Shown piece after piece: positions 35,167-44,488 of a stretch of DNA of 47,511 nucleotides; positions within the stretch are counted from its first letter, which is position 1; each line of letters opens with the position of its first letter. A program made the position numbers and the translations under genes. The stretch comes from a virus (lineage: Duplodnaviria; Caudoviricetes): the IMG/VR virus record IMGVR_UViG_3300016667_000679, positions 1-47,511 of that record; one strand, 5' to 3'. Below the pieces are notes generated by a model. It had not been told where the DNA came from. It worked only from the letters and a program-made list of their open reading frames with translations, and made no database searches.

Positions 35167-35243
35167 TGGTAGCGGGAGTGGGAATTGCACACCACGACCT
35201 TTAGTTTATGAGACTAACGAGCTGACTTCTGCTCCATCCCGCT
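35167..35243 (-). tRNA. atypical tRNA-Met(CAU)
   Basis: TTAGT-CT-CAT-AA-ACTAA; acceptor AGCGGGA; non-canonical T loop; CCA. Confidence 0.75.
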
Positions 35244-35250
35244 ATTGAAT

Positions 35251-35327
35251 TGGTCTCGGCGGCAAGACTCGAACTTGCGACCCTCTGCTCCCAAAGCAGA
35301 TGCGCTACCAGGCTGCGCTACGCCGAG
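35251..35327 (-). tRNA. tRNA-Pro(UGG)
   Basis: cloverleaf, TT-TGG-GA loop, CCA. Confidence 0.94.
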
Positions 35328-35332
35328 AAAAT

Positions 35333-35406
35333 TGGAGCTTCGTGTGAGAATCGAACTCACGACCTCTGGTTGGAAGCCAGATACGTTACCTCTACGCCAA
35401 CGAAGC
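35333..35406 (-). tRNA. tRNA-Gly(UCC)
   Basis: cloverleaf, CT-TCC-AA loop, TCCA end. Confidence 0.93.
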
Positions 35407-35412
35407 AATAAC

Positions 35413-35946
35413 TTATTTAGTTACTCGACCTTTATACCAACCTTCTGGTATAAGATCATTTTTTCTTAATTTTTTATTATCAATTCCATTTGTAATCCAG
35501 AAAGAACCATACTGAGAATTACCAGATCCTTGTTGGTGAAGAGAATTCTTTTCTCCTATCTTTCTCTTAGCTTCCTCAGTATGCTTTTTTCCTTTCCAAC
35601 AATCAGGAACTTTCATAATTCCTTCTGCATGAAGTCGTTTGTTTCTAATCTTAGTAGCTTCTCTATTATAAGCTAATTGTCCAGGATTGTCAACTCCATA
35701 TTTCTCTTGCAGAATTTTATTTGTCTTTTTTCTTCCGAGTTTATGCAGTTCTTGCATAACTTCCGCTTTAGAAATAAGACCAGTCAAACCTTGCCAAGCA
35801 ATTCTATCTTGTTCAAACCCATATTTTTCATACAGGTCTCTATGAGCCGCTGCATGTTGCTCAATAGTTAATTCTTTGATATTTGATGGATCATCAGATC
35901 CACCCATATGTCTAGGAATTATATGATGTTTATGCAGCAAACTCAC
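35413..35946 (-). CDS. HNH homing endonuclease with NUMOD-like repeats
   Basis: [19 protein letters not shown]...H; [12 protein letters not shown]; WITNG. Confidence 0.88.
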   Translation of the reverse strand: MSLLHKHHIIPRHMGGSDDPSNIKELTIEQHAAAHRDLYEKYGFEQDRIAWQGLTGLISKAEVMQELHKLGRKKTNKILQEKYGVDNPGQLAYNREATKIRNKRLHAEGIMKVPDCWKGKKHTEEAKRKIGEKNSLHQQGSGNSQYGSFWITNGIDNKKLRKNDLIPEGWYKGRVTK

Positions 35947-35963
35947 AATATTACTCTAAAAAT

Positions 35964-36029
35964 GCACCTTTGTATCTATTCCTTAGAGGAAACGCTCACC
36001 ATACGGTGTCAGTTCGATTAACAAAGGCG
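35964..36029 (-). ncRNA. small three-way-junction RNA candidate
   Basis: GCCUUUGU/ACAAAGGU closing stem with CACC/GGUG and UUCC/GGAA hairpins. Confidence 0.35.
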
Positions 36030-36053
36030 ACTTAACATCAATTAACTTCAATC

Positions 36054-36082
36054 AGTATATATGATTCACATCATGAAGTCAA
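36054..36082 (-). promoter_or_regulatory. sigma70-type promoter
   Basis: TTGACT-17-TATACT. Confidence 0.75.
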
Positions 36083-36291
36083 GCACTATTTTCATCTTCT
36101 TTCAAAGTTTCTTTAGCGGCTCTTACAAGAGCATCATATAAAAACTCAGAGAAAAGTTTCTTTTGTAGTTCTTTATTATTTCTTACAAGAGCAACAACAA
36201 GCTCTTCCATCTCGGCTGGATCAGAATCAAAAATTATTGTCGCTGTTCCATCTTCGTTTTCAATAATTTCTTCAACGATAAGAGATTTCAT
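36079..36291 (-). CDS. hypothetical protein
   Basis: ENEDGTAT motif. Confidence 0.65.
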   Translation of the reverse strand: MKSLIVEEIIENEDGTATIIFDSDPAEMEELVVALVRNNKELQKKLFSEFLYDALVRAAKETLKEDENSA

Positions 36292-36309
36292 AATAAGAAC
36301 CCTTTAAAA

Positions 36310-36385
<76 letters not shown>

Positions 36386-36390
36386 ATTAA

Positions 36391-36480
36391 TGGCGGAGAG
36401 GGTGGGATTCGAACCCACGGAGGCTTTCATTCCTCGCTAGTTTTCAAGACTAGTTCCTTAAACCGCTCGGACACCTCTCC
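36391..36480 (-). tRNA. tRNA-Ser(UGA)
   Basis: CTAGT-CT-TGA-AA-ACTAG, long variable arm, GCCA. Confidence 0.94.
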
Positions 36481-36644
36481 TATTATTTTCATTCTCTGGA
36501 TATTTATCTCGGTATATACGCGAAGTTTCAAGACAAAGAGACATTACTGCTGCAGCGTTAATTTTAGCAGCAAACAGAACCAGCCGCTTGGCTATTACTG
36601 CAGTAAAATAATCAAATTTAGTCATAACAAACTTCCTTTAAAAT

Positions 36645-36805
36645 TGCTGGGCTACCGTCATACGTTTAAAAGCTCTTTGAACTTCCCTTAGAGTCATCTT
36701 TCAAGCTATTGCGTAGCTTATCCCAGCTAGCTGGTGATGATCATCCTCGGGTGGTGTTCTCCCTCGACGGTCAGGGTCTTGCTATCTTTCGCTCGCAGCC
36801 CAACA
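36645..36805 (-). ncRNA. candidate structured non-coding RNA
   Basis: terminal stem UGUUGGGCUGC/GUAGCCCAGCA; internal UCAUC/GAUGA, CCAGC/GCUGG, AAGCUA/UAGCUU; no ORF. Confidence 0.6.
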
Positions 36806-36809
36806 CTAT

Positions 36810-37202
36810 TTAGCCTCTCCTGCTCTTAGATCCAATGGTCTTGATATCTTCGCCAGGAGTAATCAACTGATATCCACCCTTGTTATAGGCAGGGGCAACC
36901 CGAGCAGCCTTCTTGAGAATCTGCATCTGAACGTCAACTTCCTCGTTCTCTAGATTCTCAAGAATAGTAGCAGTACGGAAACCGTTACCAACCTTGTTCG
37001 ACAGCTGAACGTTTTCCTCTGTCTTGTAGGAAGGAAGATCGATCTTATGCTTGTTCTTCTTAGCAGAAAGCTGTTCAGGATGAAGTCCCATCTTACGCAG
37101 CCACTTGTTATGTTCAAGCTGAGCCTTGGTTGGATCTCGGTCGCGAGTACGCCGATTAAACTTAGTAGTAGTTACCCAAGCTCGTTCAAGATGCATAGTC
37201 AT
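36810..37202 (-). CDS. hypothetical phage protein
   Basis: VAPAYNKGGYQ motif. Confidence 0.75.
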   Translation of the reverse strand: MTMHLERAWVTTTKFNRRTRDRDPTKAQLEHNKWLRKMGLHPEQLSAKKNKHKIDLPSYKTEENVQLSNKVGNGFRTATILENLENEEVDVQMQILKKAARVAPAYNKGGYQLITPGEDIKTIGSKSRRG

Positions 37203-37381
37203 TTGTAGATCCCCACAAACATGAGAAAAAGATAAACAAACATCACTATTATAACGTCAACAATCCTAAATTCAATATCTGGATGTTTATTTTTTATACT
37301 ATCATACCAAAAAAACAAAAAAACAGACCCATAAATCATTACGATTGGATCTATAATAAACGGATTTGTAAATGTTTTCAT
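37199..37381 (-). CDS. small membrane protein
   Basis: two hydrophobic segments; ATGA overlap. Confidence 0.55.
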   Translation of the reverse strand: MKTFTNPFIIDPIVMIYGSVFLFFWYDSIKNKHPDIEFRIVDVIIVMFVYLFLMFVGIYK

Positions 37382-37394
37382 TTTTTCACCGAAA

Positions 37395-37558
37395 ACCAGT
37401 TACCACCATCTGGCGCCAATGTTTCGTCTTGGCGGATTTTAGTAGGGAAGACGAGTGCGCTTTCGTGATTTCAAGTCCACGACGACTTATATCCTCCACA
37501 ACACCGCAGCCATAGCCATGGAGGCGGTAACTGAGATCCCAACCTCAGCTACGGACGT
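37395..37558 (-). ncRNA. unannotated structured RNA, copy 2
   Basis: diverged repeat of 34626-34788 with compensatory changes. Confidence 0.8.
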
Positions 37559-38051
37559 TGATCCTTTTCATCACTTCTTCAAACAAAATTGGTCGGTAAT
37601 CTGTATGCTCAACACAAACACACTGATACCAAGGATCATCCAGTTTACGAGCATGAAGATGCCCGTGAATATTACCAGCAAACCTTCCCTTACTATCAGG
37701 ATGAACAGGAATATGGCTTAGTATATAGTTGTTCATCACATGATATCCACGAATGTCGCGGAAATATTTTGTATAATCATCGAGACGAAAGATATCGTGG
37801 TTCCCTTTGATAAGAACCTTGTCGCCATTTAGCTGACCAAGAACCCAGAGGAATCGACGATTGATAACAACATCACCGAGATGATAGACTTTATCGTTTG
37901 GACCAACAGTTTCATTCCAACGCTTGATCATCTCGACGTTCATCTCTTCGGGATCGTCCCATGGACGAAGCTTGGTACCATCCTCACGAAGAAACTTACA
38001 CACTCCAGCATGACCAAAGTGTGTATCACTCACAAGAAAAACGGAAGGCAT
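37545..38051 (-). CDS. calcineurin-like metallophosphoesterase (paralog of 23733-24302)
   Basis: SDTHFGH, YHLGD, GNHD, SHIP, HGHLH; GAGG RBS. Confidence 0.9.
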   Translation of the reverse strand: MPSVFLVSDTHFGHAGVCKFLREDGTKLRPWDDPEEMNVEMIKRWNETVGPNDKVYHLGDVVINRRFLWVLGQLNGDKVLIKGNHDIFRLDDYTKYFRDIRGYHVMNNYILSHIPVHPDSKGRFAGNIHGHLHARKLDDPWYQCVCVEHTDYRPILFEEVMKRINVRS

Positions 38052-38065
38052 TTTTTCCTCGAAAA

Positions 38066-38141
<76 letters not shown>

Positions 38142-38148
38142 TGAAAGG

Positions 38149-38223
38149 TGGCTCCGAGTGCTGGGATCGAACCAGCGACCAATCGGTTAACAGCCGATTG
38201 CTCTACCGCTGAGCTAACTCGGA
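38149..38223 (-). tRNA. tRNA-Asn(GUU)
   Basis: ATCGG-CT-GTT-AA-CCGAT, GCCA. Confidence 0.94.
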
Positions 38224-38232
38224 ATATAATCT

Positions 38233-38261
38233 ATAATATCTTATATTTGACCAAATGTCAA
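38233..38261 (-). promoter_or_regulatory. sigma70-type promoter heading the tRNA array
   Basis: TTGACA-17-TATTAT. Confidence 0.78.
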
Positions 38262-38426
38262 TTACTTTTTTCGGATTTCTTCAATTCTTGACATAAGATA
38301 TTGTTTAATATTCTTTAGATTAAAAATTTGTTCTTCAGTGCATTGTTTATTTGAGATCAACACATCAATATACTGCAGTTCCAGCTGAAAAGAAGAAACC
38401 AGCGAGTAATCATAAGAGGACATCAT
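38262..38426 (-). CDS. small hypothetical protein (54 aa)
   Basis: TAATG-coupled ORF MMSSYDYS... Confidence 0.55.
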   Translation of the reverse strand: MMSSYDYSLVSSFQLELQYIDVLISNKQCTEEQIFNLKNIKQYLMSRIEEIRKK

Positions 38427-38608
38427 TACTCCATTCCTGACGAAAATTCGACCACAGTTTTGTCTTTGTTCTTGTACTTAGCTTCCATCAAGTCAAATAT
38501 CGACCAAGCTTCGGTTCCTGAATAAGTTGTGTTCGATTCAAGAACCTTATTACCCCTCTTCGCAGTTACCGTAAATTTCATACGGCGACGATTACCGAAC
38601 AGAGACAT
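38426..38608 (-). CDS. hypothetical protein
   Basis: GAGGAG RBS. Confidence 0.6.
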   Translation of the reverse strand: MSLFGNRRRMKFTVTAKRGNKVLESNTTYSGTEAWSIFDLMEAKYKNKDKTVVEFSSGME

Positions 38609-38636
38609 TATCTTCTCCTCTACAAGGTATAAAAAC

Positions 38637-38665
38637 AGTATACTCTAATGTGGTATTTATGTCAA
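38637..38665 (-). promoter_or_regulatory. sigma70-type promoter
   Basis: TTGACA-17-TATACT. Confidence 0.78.
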
Positions 38666-38673
38666 GGGTTATT

Positions 38674-39510
38674 TTAGAATGTCAAAACGTGAGGATTATC
38701 AGATGGTAAATTGATGGGGACATAATCCCAAAGCTCGCCGAGAACTGGAGTAAATGTTAGTGGAGAGCGACGAATGAAATACTTCTTCATCTTCATTCTT
38801 AGCTGGTCTACAAGATTGACATAAAACGAATCAATGCCAATAAAACATGCGCTGTTTTCTAGGACTGTGATCCAATCAAAGATATTATCGGTGATTGGCT
38901 TAATTTCGATGTGTTTGTGATTGGTATATCCTGCATTTTTCATAAATCCAGCAACATCCAAATCAAACTTAATCTTACCCATTGCCCCTTCTAGATGGGT
39001 AACAACGTATGGTTGCTTGTCACACTCTAGTTTCTTGAACAGATCAAATTCTCTTTGCATATTTCGACGAAGTTGAAGATTCCACTTCTCGAAAAAAGGA
39101 ACGTTTGCAGCAACATATTTGAAACGATCAAAGCTGCTTGTCTTGCTGAGTTTAAGATCTTTGGCTCGTTGTGGAACTGGATCAGATAATCTATGAGCAA
39201 GATCACCAATCTTATCTGGATGTTGTGATTCTTCATATGGGAAACTGATCACTTCATCGCAACCAGCGTCAATTAACATTTGCTTTGGTGTTTCAAACCA
39301 ATAAGGGCTTCTGATATTTGCTGTGATTGATTTTTCATCAACAGAAAGTGGATGGAAAGTAACATAAGGTGCAGCATATTTGAAAGATTCATAAAAATGC
39401 TGGTCAATTACCCAGTGAACATCCACTCCTCGATCAAAATAATATTTCGCGATTGGCAATGCAATAATTGCGTCGCCTGCACCTCTTAGCTGAATGATTC
39501 CGATTTTCAT
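38674..39510 (-). CDS. glycosyltransferase family 9-like protein
   Basis: QLRGAGDAIIALP start and FIGIDS motif typical of GT9/heptosyltransferase fold. Confidence 0.7.
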   Translation of the reverse strand: MKIGIIQLRGAGDAIIALPIAKYYFDRGVDVHWVIDQHFYESFKYAAPYVTFHPLSVDEKSITANIRSPYWFETPKQMLIDAGCDEVISFPYEESQHPDKIGDLAHRLSDPVPQRAKDLKLSKTSSFDRFKYVAANVPFFEKWNLQLRRNMQREFDLFKKLECDKQPYVVTHLEGAMGKIKFDLDVAGFMKNAGYTNHKHIEIKPITDNIFDWITVLENSACFIGIDSFYVNLVDQLRMKMKKYFIRRSPLTFTPVLGELWDYVPINLPSDNPHVLTF

Positions 39511-40085
39511 AGTTTCCTCATTACAATTTCAATAGATGATTCAATACATGGGTGAAGTGTTTGATCTTGACCTTTGATGTGATCATAATAGAAGTCTCGA
39601 ATAACTTCAACCTTTTCAGTCACAGCAATATTATTTCTTCTTCGTAACATTTCAAGAACGTTGATTGTTTTTGGCATAACAGATTTCTGTTTCATTGTAA
39701 ACGACCACTTGTGATCGTCGTTATATCTGCTTGGCCAGAAATTCTGTTCATACATTTCCTCGTCGGGAATAGTGATAACAAGATAACCGTTTGGCTTAAC
39801 AACACGAATCCAATTTATTAATGCAACATGTGGATCAACCATGTGTTCGAGACAATGACTGCTTGTTGCAAAGTCGAATGTGTCATTAGCGATTGTTTCT
39901 AGATATTGTGCGTCACCGTCAGGCATATCCCAACCGCGAACACTTTTAATTCCTCGAAACACATGACCAAAACGACCTAGATTGTCTTCCCCACAACCGA
40001 TGTCAATACCATCACCGATGAAATAACGGTTGTGAAAGTTGCCGTCGTCAAACCTTCTTTTTGCTGCTTTAGATTGTTCATACAT
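39507..40085 (-). CDS. class I SAM-dependent methyltransferase
   Basis: GIDIGCG, FDF..SSHCLEH, RVVKPNG. Confidence 0.88.
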   Translation of the reverse strand: MYEQSKAAKRRFDDGNFHNRYFIGDGIDIGCGEDNLGRFGHVFRGIKSVRGWDMPDGDAQYLETIANDTFDFATSSHCLEHMVDPHVALINWIRVVKPNGYLVITIPDEEMYEQNFWPSRYNDDHKWSFTMKQKSVMPKTINVLEMLRRRNNIAVTEKVEVIRDFYYDHIKGQDQTLHPCIESSIEIVMRKL

Positions 40086-40635
40086 TAAAAGACTTGGATA
40101 CCTCCCACATAGCAATAGAAGCAGCGGAACTAACATTCAGAGAACGAATAACTCCTCGCTGCGGAATCGAGAATATCTTACCTTGTCTCAGGATATCAGG
40201 ATCAATACCTTCACCCTCATTACCAAAGACAAGACAAGGTTTCTTATCTGTCTTATACTCAGAAAATTTGGTGATGCAGTCTCCGCCAGTTTCAATCATA
40301 ACAGGAGTGTAATTGTTGTCCTGCATCAGCTTATGAAACTTTACGGGATCGACATACCCGTCATCGTCAAATCCCCCAACCTGTACAACGTCAACATAAT
40401 TATGAGATCCAACAGTACTGCGACGATCGTACCTGCGACGACCAAAAACAAATACTTTCTCCGCACCCATAAGATTCGCGGTACGAATAATAATACCCGT
40501 GTTAAGGTCTCCAACAAGATTAATGACACAGACTGCGAATGGGAGTCTGTCTTGTTCTGTAATATCTTTGAGAGTTGGTACATCGCAGTTCTTCAAGTGA
40601 TCATGGACATTATAGTCGTACATCACAAACTCCAT
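40078..40635 (-). CDS. SpoU/TrmH-family RNA 2'-O-methyltransferase
   Basis: NTGIIIRTA, LVFGNEGEGI, IPQRG..RSLNVS.AASI. Confidence 0.92.
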   Translation of the reverse strand: MEFVMYDYNVHDHLKNCDVPTLKDITEQDRLPFAVCVINLVGDLNTGIIIRTANLMGAEKVFVFGRRRYDRRSTVGSHNYVDVVQVGGFDDDGYVDPVKFHKLMQDNNYTPVMIETGGDCITKFSEYKTDKKPCLVFGNEGEGIDPDILRQGKIFSIPQRGVIRSLNVSSAASIAMWEVSKSFNV

Positions 40636-40680
40636 AATTCAAGTACAATCATAATATATTATTTCAGCGCAAATAGCAAG

Positions 40681-41076
40681 TTATTTTTTACGACCTATAT
40701 TGTACTTTGTAACGAGTTCCCAGTCATTCTTTTCTTTGAATGGGAGGATCTTAATTTGACGAAGAGGAGTAACTGGTTCTTTAATTGATTCTGGCTCTAC
40801 AACCTTGATCAATCCCCAGTCTTGTAGAAGAGCAACGATTGTATTTCTACGACCTTTGTCTTCATCTGAAAAATTAGATGGTTTGCCGTCAAGAGCAAAT
40901 AGTTCTTTGAAGTGAACGATGTAATATTTGCCTTGTTTATGAAGGATATGACAAGATTGATAAAGTTTCTTGTCTTTGCGAGAAGCTACGCCGATTCTGG
41001 TAAGTGTTTCTCTGATCTTTAGAAAATCATCTTCCTCTGCCAACTTCACTTCAACTAATGAATCAATTACACTCAT
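40681..41076 (-). CDS. regA: translational repressor RegA
   Basis: FLKIRETLTRIGVAS, LYQSCHILHKQGKYYIVHFKELF. Confidence 0.97.
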   Translation of the reverse strand: MSVIDSLVEVKLAEEDDFLKIRETLTRIGVASRKDKKLYQSCHILHKQGKYYIVHFKELFALDGKPSNFSDEDKGRRNTIVALLQDWGLIKVVEPESIKEPVTPLRQIKILPFKEKNDWELVTKYNIGRKK

Positions 41077-41462
41077 CTCTTTATTCCACCTTTTTCTAAT
41101 TCAGTTTTTATAGTTTTTAATTGTTGTTTAGAAAGAAGTGAAACTGTTTCTCTTGCTTTAGAGTAACTATAGGAAAAATATTCCATAACAGCATTAATAT
41201 CACTACTTTCAATTTTCTTTGCCCAACTTGAGTTAACTCGTTTTTTGGGTCTGACAATATTTATTAAATAGTGATATTGAAGTTTATTATCCAAACTAGA
41301 CAGACGATTCATCTCATTAGCATAATATACCGTGTCCATGTGATAAGACAATGCTCTATTTGTTAAAAATGGATTATATCCTTTTTCTGCAACTGGATCA
41401 TCTCCCATAATATCTTTTTGTTTACCGAGAATATCGTTAACATAATCAAAAGGATTTGTCAT
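41073..41462 (-). CDS. 62: clamp loader small subunit gp62
   Basis: YNPFLTNRALS..D...ANEMN; position between 44 and regA. Confidence 0.92.
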   Translation of the reverse strand: MTNPFDYVNDILGKQKDIMGDDPVAEKGYNPFLTNRALSYHMDTVYYANEMNRLSSLDNKLQYHYLINIVRPKKRVNSSWAKKIESSDINAVMEYFSYSYSKARETVSLLSKQQLKTIKTELEKGGIKR

Positions 41463-41567
41463 CACCACCATCCGAGTTGATGTGAATTATTGAGAATAAT
41501 CATTAAGCAAGTTATCATATGAACGATTACCCAAACAGAACGCAATAATGCAGCTTTGTCCGAGTCT

Positions 41568-41807
41568 TTATCGTTCGGAGAAATCTTGCTCCCGATAGTT
41601 TTCGCCCAAATCTCCCATGCTGTCAGCTTTTTGTTTTGCATCTTCTATTTTATCCGCACATTCTTTACAGATGTCAACTGTAATAAAATCGTTTTTGTTT
41701 TTCTCAGAATCAAAATAACGAATTACGATTTCTGCATAATCTTCTTTTGATCTCTTTTCGCAAATATTGCATTTCTTGAAAAGATTCACTAAGCTTTGAA
41801 GTTGCAT
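41568..41807 (-). CDS. small CxxC hypothetical protein (start uncertain)
   Basis: CNIC..CKEC between genes 44 and 62. Confidence 0.5.
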   Translation of the reverse strand: MQLQSLVNLFKKCNICEKRSKEDYAEIVIRYFDSEKNKNDFITVDICKECADKIEDAKQKADSMGDLGENYREQDFSER

Positions 41808-42730
41808 GTGATCATTAACTCCGCTAGAAATGCAGCCGTGTTAATTTCCTGATCAACAACAAACGCAGATTTGTATTGATACTCGGCAAGCGAAACAACA
41901 ACTGCTGGAATACAGTTTGGTTGCAGTTCAAGTAGAAGCTTATCGTAAATAACCCTGAAGAAGGTGTTATGGTCCATATCTGAATTCTGACCAACCCACT
42001 TACGAACAGCGGTATAATCTTTTTCCTTGATCATCTTGACAAGTTCATTGATGATAATTTCTTTGCTGTTCGCGAGAATACCAGAATCAATCTTGCCAGT
42101 TGCAGAATAACGTTGTAGTTCATTCAGAACTCGCCGCCAATCTGGGAAATACTTCATGATGATCTCAGCTACAACCTGAGTATCAAATTCAATATTCTCG
42201 TTGCGAAGAATATTTTCCACCCTCACCATAAACTTCTTGGCAAGCTTGGCTTTCTCAGAATTAGAGATGTCAAAGTCGATGACCGAACAACGAGAATGTA
42301 GAGGCTCAATGATGCGGTTCTTGAAATTACAAGTTAGGATGAAGCCACAATTCTTCGAGAACTCTTCCATGAAGTTACGAAGAGCTGGCTGAACCTTCTC
42401 GGCTGAAAGATAATCAGCCTCGTCAAGGATAACATACTTGCGTCCACCAGAGAACGAAACGCTGGAAGCAAAATTTGTAATTTCGTTACGGAGAATGTCG
42501 ATGCCTGCATTCAGCGATCCATTGATTACAATGTAATCGCAACCAAGTTGTTCAAGCATGGCTCGGGCAACTGTTGTCTTACCAACACCAGCCTTACCTG
42601 TTAGAATGAGGTTTGGGATTTCACCCTGCTCTACGAATTGCTGAAAGACTGCTTTCAGATTTGCTGGTAGAATAGTGTCATTAATAGTTTTAGGGCGATA
42701 CTTTTCTACCCAGAGGAACTGTTCACGCAT
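41789..42730 (-). CDS. 44: clamp loader large subunit gp44
   Basis: WVEKYRP, GKAGVGKT, ILDEADY, LHSRC. Confidence 0.97.
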   Translation of the reverse strand: MREQFLWVEKYRPKTINDTILPANLKAVFQQFVEQGEIPNLILTGKAGVGKTTVARAMLEQLGCDYIVINGSLNAGIDILRNEITNFASSVSFSGGRKYVILDEADYLSAEKVQPALRNFMEEFSKNCGFILTCNFKNRIIEPLHSRCSVIDFDISNSEKAKLAKKFMVRVENILRNENIEFDTQVVAEIIMKYFPDWRRVLNELQRYSATGKIDSGILANSKEIIINELVKMIKEKDYTAVRKWVGQNSDMDHNTFFRVIYDKLLLELQPNCIPAVVVSLAEYQYKSAFVVDQEINTAAFLAELMITCNFKA

Positions 42731-42759
42731 TTCATCACCAAATAGTTGAGATATGTTTC

Positions 42760-42788
42760 ATTATATAGTATGACTTGTTTTAAGTCAA
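42760..42788 (-). promoter_or_regulatory. sigma70-type promoter for gene 44
   Basis: TTGACT-17-TATAAT. Confidence 0.8.
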
Positions 42789-42790
42789 GG

Positions 42791-42817
42791 AAAAAGAAAG
42801 GGGGATTTCTCCCCCTC
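42791..42817 (-). terminator. intrinsic terminator after gene 45
   Basis: AGGGGGA/TCCCCCT hairpin plus T-rich tail. Confidence 0.8.
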
Positions 42818-42823
42818 TCCAAA

Positions 42824-43492
42824 TTAACCGAATGTACTATTCGCTTCAACCGCGATGTAATATTCAATATCTTTACCAACAAAATGGGACAGACCCTTTG
42901 AGCTGATTGATACTGCATAATCTCCTGGGATCAGTTTTAGATTTTCAGCCTTAAAGATAAACTTGAAAGTGTTTTCAGTGCTACCGACGATCACACGGTG
43001 AACGTCGCCAGTTGGATTCTTAGAGTCCATTGCCTGTAGATAGATTGTACCATCTTCGCCAACAACTCCGATTTCTGGGAGACCAAGAACTCCAAGAGCC
43101 TTTTGAACCTTTGCGAAAGTTTTTTCATCAAGATTAAATGACACATCAGGATCTGGGAACTTAATATCTTTGGCTGGAGGAGCAACAATATTGCTGGCTT
43201 CAGCACAGATATAGTTGGTCTTTTCTCCTTGAGCAACATCATTCGAGATCACAACAATTTTGTCGTTGATAGCGATCTCTGGTGATTCGTAAAGAGAAAT
43301 TGTGCTCAGGAATCGAGAAAGATCATAGATAGCAAATTCATTAGGAATGTTTTCTGCGATTTTTGCTTTTGCTAGAATTGTTTTTGTTGGAGAAATTGTA
43401 GCAAGAGTTGTTCCTGGCTTGAACACAATCGACTGGTTGATGGTCGAAAAGTTTTTCAGAACCTGCATAGTGCGTGTCTGGAATTTCATCAT
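42824..43492 (-). CDS. 45: sliding clamp gp45
   Basis: LKNFSTINQSI, FAIYDLSRFL, ENLKLIPGDY, YYIAVE. Confidence 0.96.
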   Translation of the reverse strand: MMKFQTRTMQVLKNFSTINQSIVFKPGTTLATISPTKTILAKAKIAENIPNEFAIYDLSRFLSTISLYESPEIAINDKIVVISNDVAQGEKTNYICAEASNIVAPPAKDIKFPDPDVSFNLDEKTFAKVQKALGVLGLPEIGVVGEDGTIYLQAMDSKNPTGDVHRVIVGSTENTFKFIFKAENLKLIPGDYAVSISSKGLSHFVGKDIEYYIAVEANSTFG

Positions 43493-43510
43493 AAAGTCCT
43501 TTCTTCAATA

Positions 43511-44479
43511 TTAACCAAGTTTTCTCTTCTTTAGCTTTTCGACATCAGCTGTTGCTGAAGCGCCGATCGCCGCAAGATCTGCAAGAGAACCGCCGAAAAT
43601 GAAGGTACCAACATGTTGTAGGTGCATCCATGGGCATAGCCAAACCTTACCACCCATCTTCTGAACGTTATAACAGAACATGTAATCTTCTGATAGATAA
43701 CGCTTCGACCATTCTTTACTGCCACCATTTGGATCTTGAACGAACTCAAGGATCTGTTGCTGAGTAGCAGATGGGTTCTTATCAAGGAACCACTTTAGTT
43801 CCTCACCGATATTTGCACGCTTGGCTTCAATGATACAATCGAAGTAGGCATGAATTTCACGAGAACCATCGAAGTGTTCTGTACGAACATGGTCTGGCTT
43901 GTAAGTTAGATGAGGGAATGCTTGCTTGTATCTGTCAAAAACAGAACGGCGGATCATCATGAACCCAGTACCACCTTCAAGCACTTCGGCTGGTTCGCCG
44001 ATAGGAATCTCTTTAGTAGTAGCCTTTGGATTGAAAACGAAATCGCCGACAAAACGATCAAGAATATTTGGATCTTCGTCAGCAACACCCTTGTTTACTG
44101 CCTGAACAATCTTTTCCCAAGAGATACACTTTTTTGGATATGGACCACAAAGAACATCGTACTCGCTGTCATCGGACTGCATTGCCATTAGAGCGATAAC
44201 ATCATTTGGGTTGAAGCCGATATCCGAGTCAATAAACATCAGATGGTCAGCACCAGAACGAATGAACTCATCAACACAATAATTACGGGCGCGAGTAATT
44301 AGCGACTCGTTAAAAAGGAAATACATCTGTAGCTGAATGCCATAGTGAACGCAAAGTGCTGAAAGATCAGCAACTGAGCGAGCAAACATACCAGCGCATT
44401 GTCCGCCGTACATTGGTGTTGCTAAGAACAGTTTTCGTTTACGCAATTCTTCAATCGGAACCTTAATCTCAAACCCCAT
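43511..44479 (-). CDS. glycosyltransferase-like protein (GT-A fold)
   Basis: ATPMYGG, ESLITRARN, FIDSD, GTGFMMI, YLSEDY. Confidence 0.8.
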   Translation of the reverse strand: MGFEIKVPIEELRKRKLFLATPMYGGQCAGMFARSVADLSALCVHYGIQLQMYFLFNESLITRARNYCVDEFIRSGADHLMFIDSDIGFNPNDVIALMAMQSDDSEYDVLCGPYPKKCISWEKIVQAVNKGVADEDPNILDRFVGDFVFNPKATTKEIPIGEPAEVLEGGTGFMMIRRSVFDRYKQAFPHLTYKPDHVRTEHFDGSREIHAYFDCIIEAKRANIGEELKWFLDKNPSATQQQILEFVQDPNGGSKEWSKRYLSEDYMFCYNVQKMGGKVWLCPWMHLQHVGTFIFGGSLADLAAIGASATADVEKLKKRKLG

Positions 44480-44488
44480 AATAACTCC

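Noticed and set aside
35214-35469. ORFs overlapping tRNA genes, and N-terminal extensions of pstS and the 37545 gene into tRNAs
   Set aside because: The sequence is fully explained by tRNA cloverleaves
36690-36750. Hammerhead ribozyme suggested by GAUGA and GAAA segments
   Set aside because: The CUGANGA core and required stem order are absent
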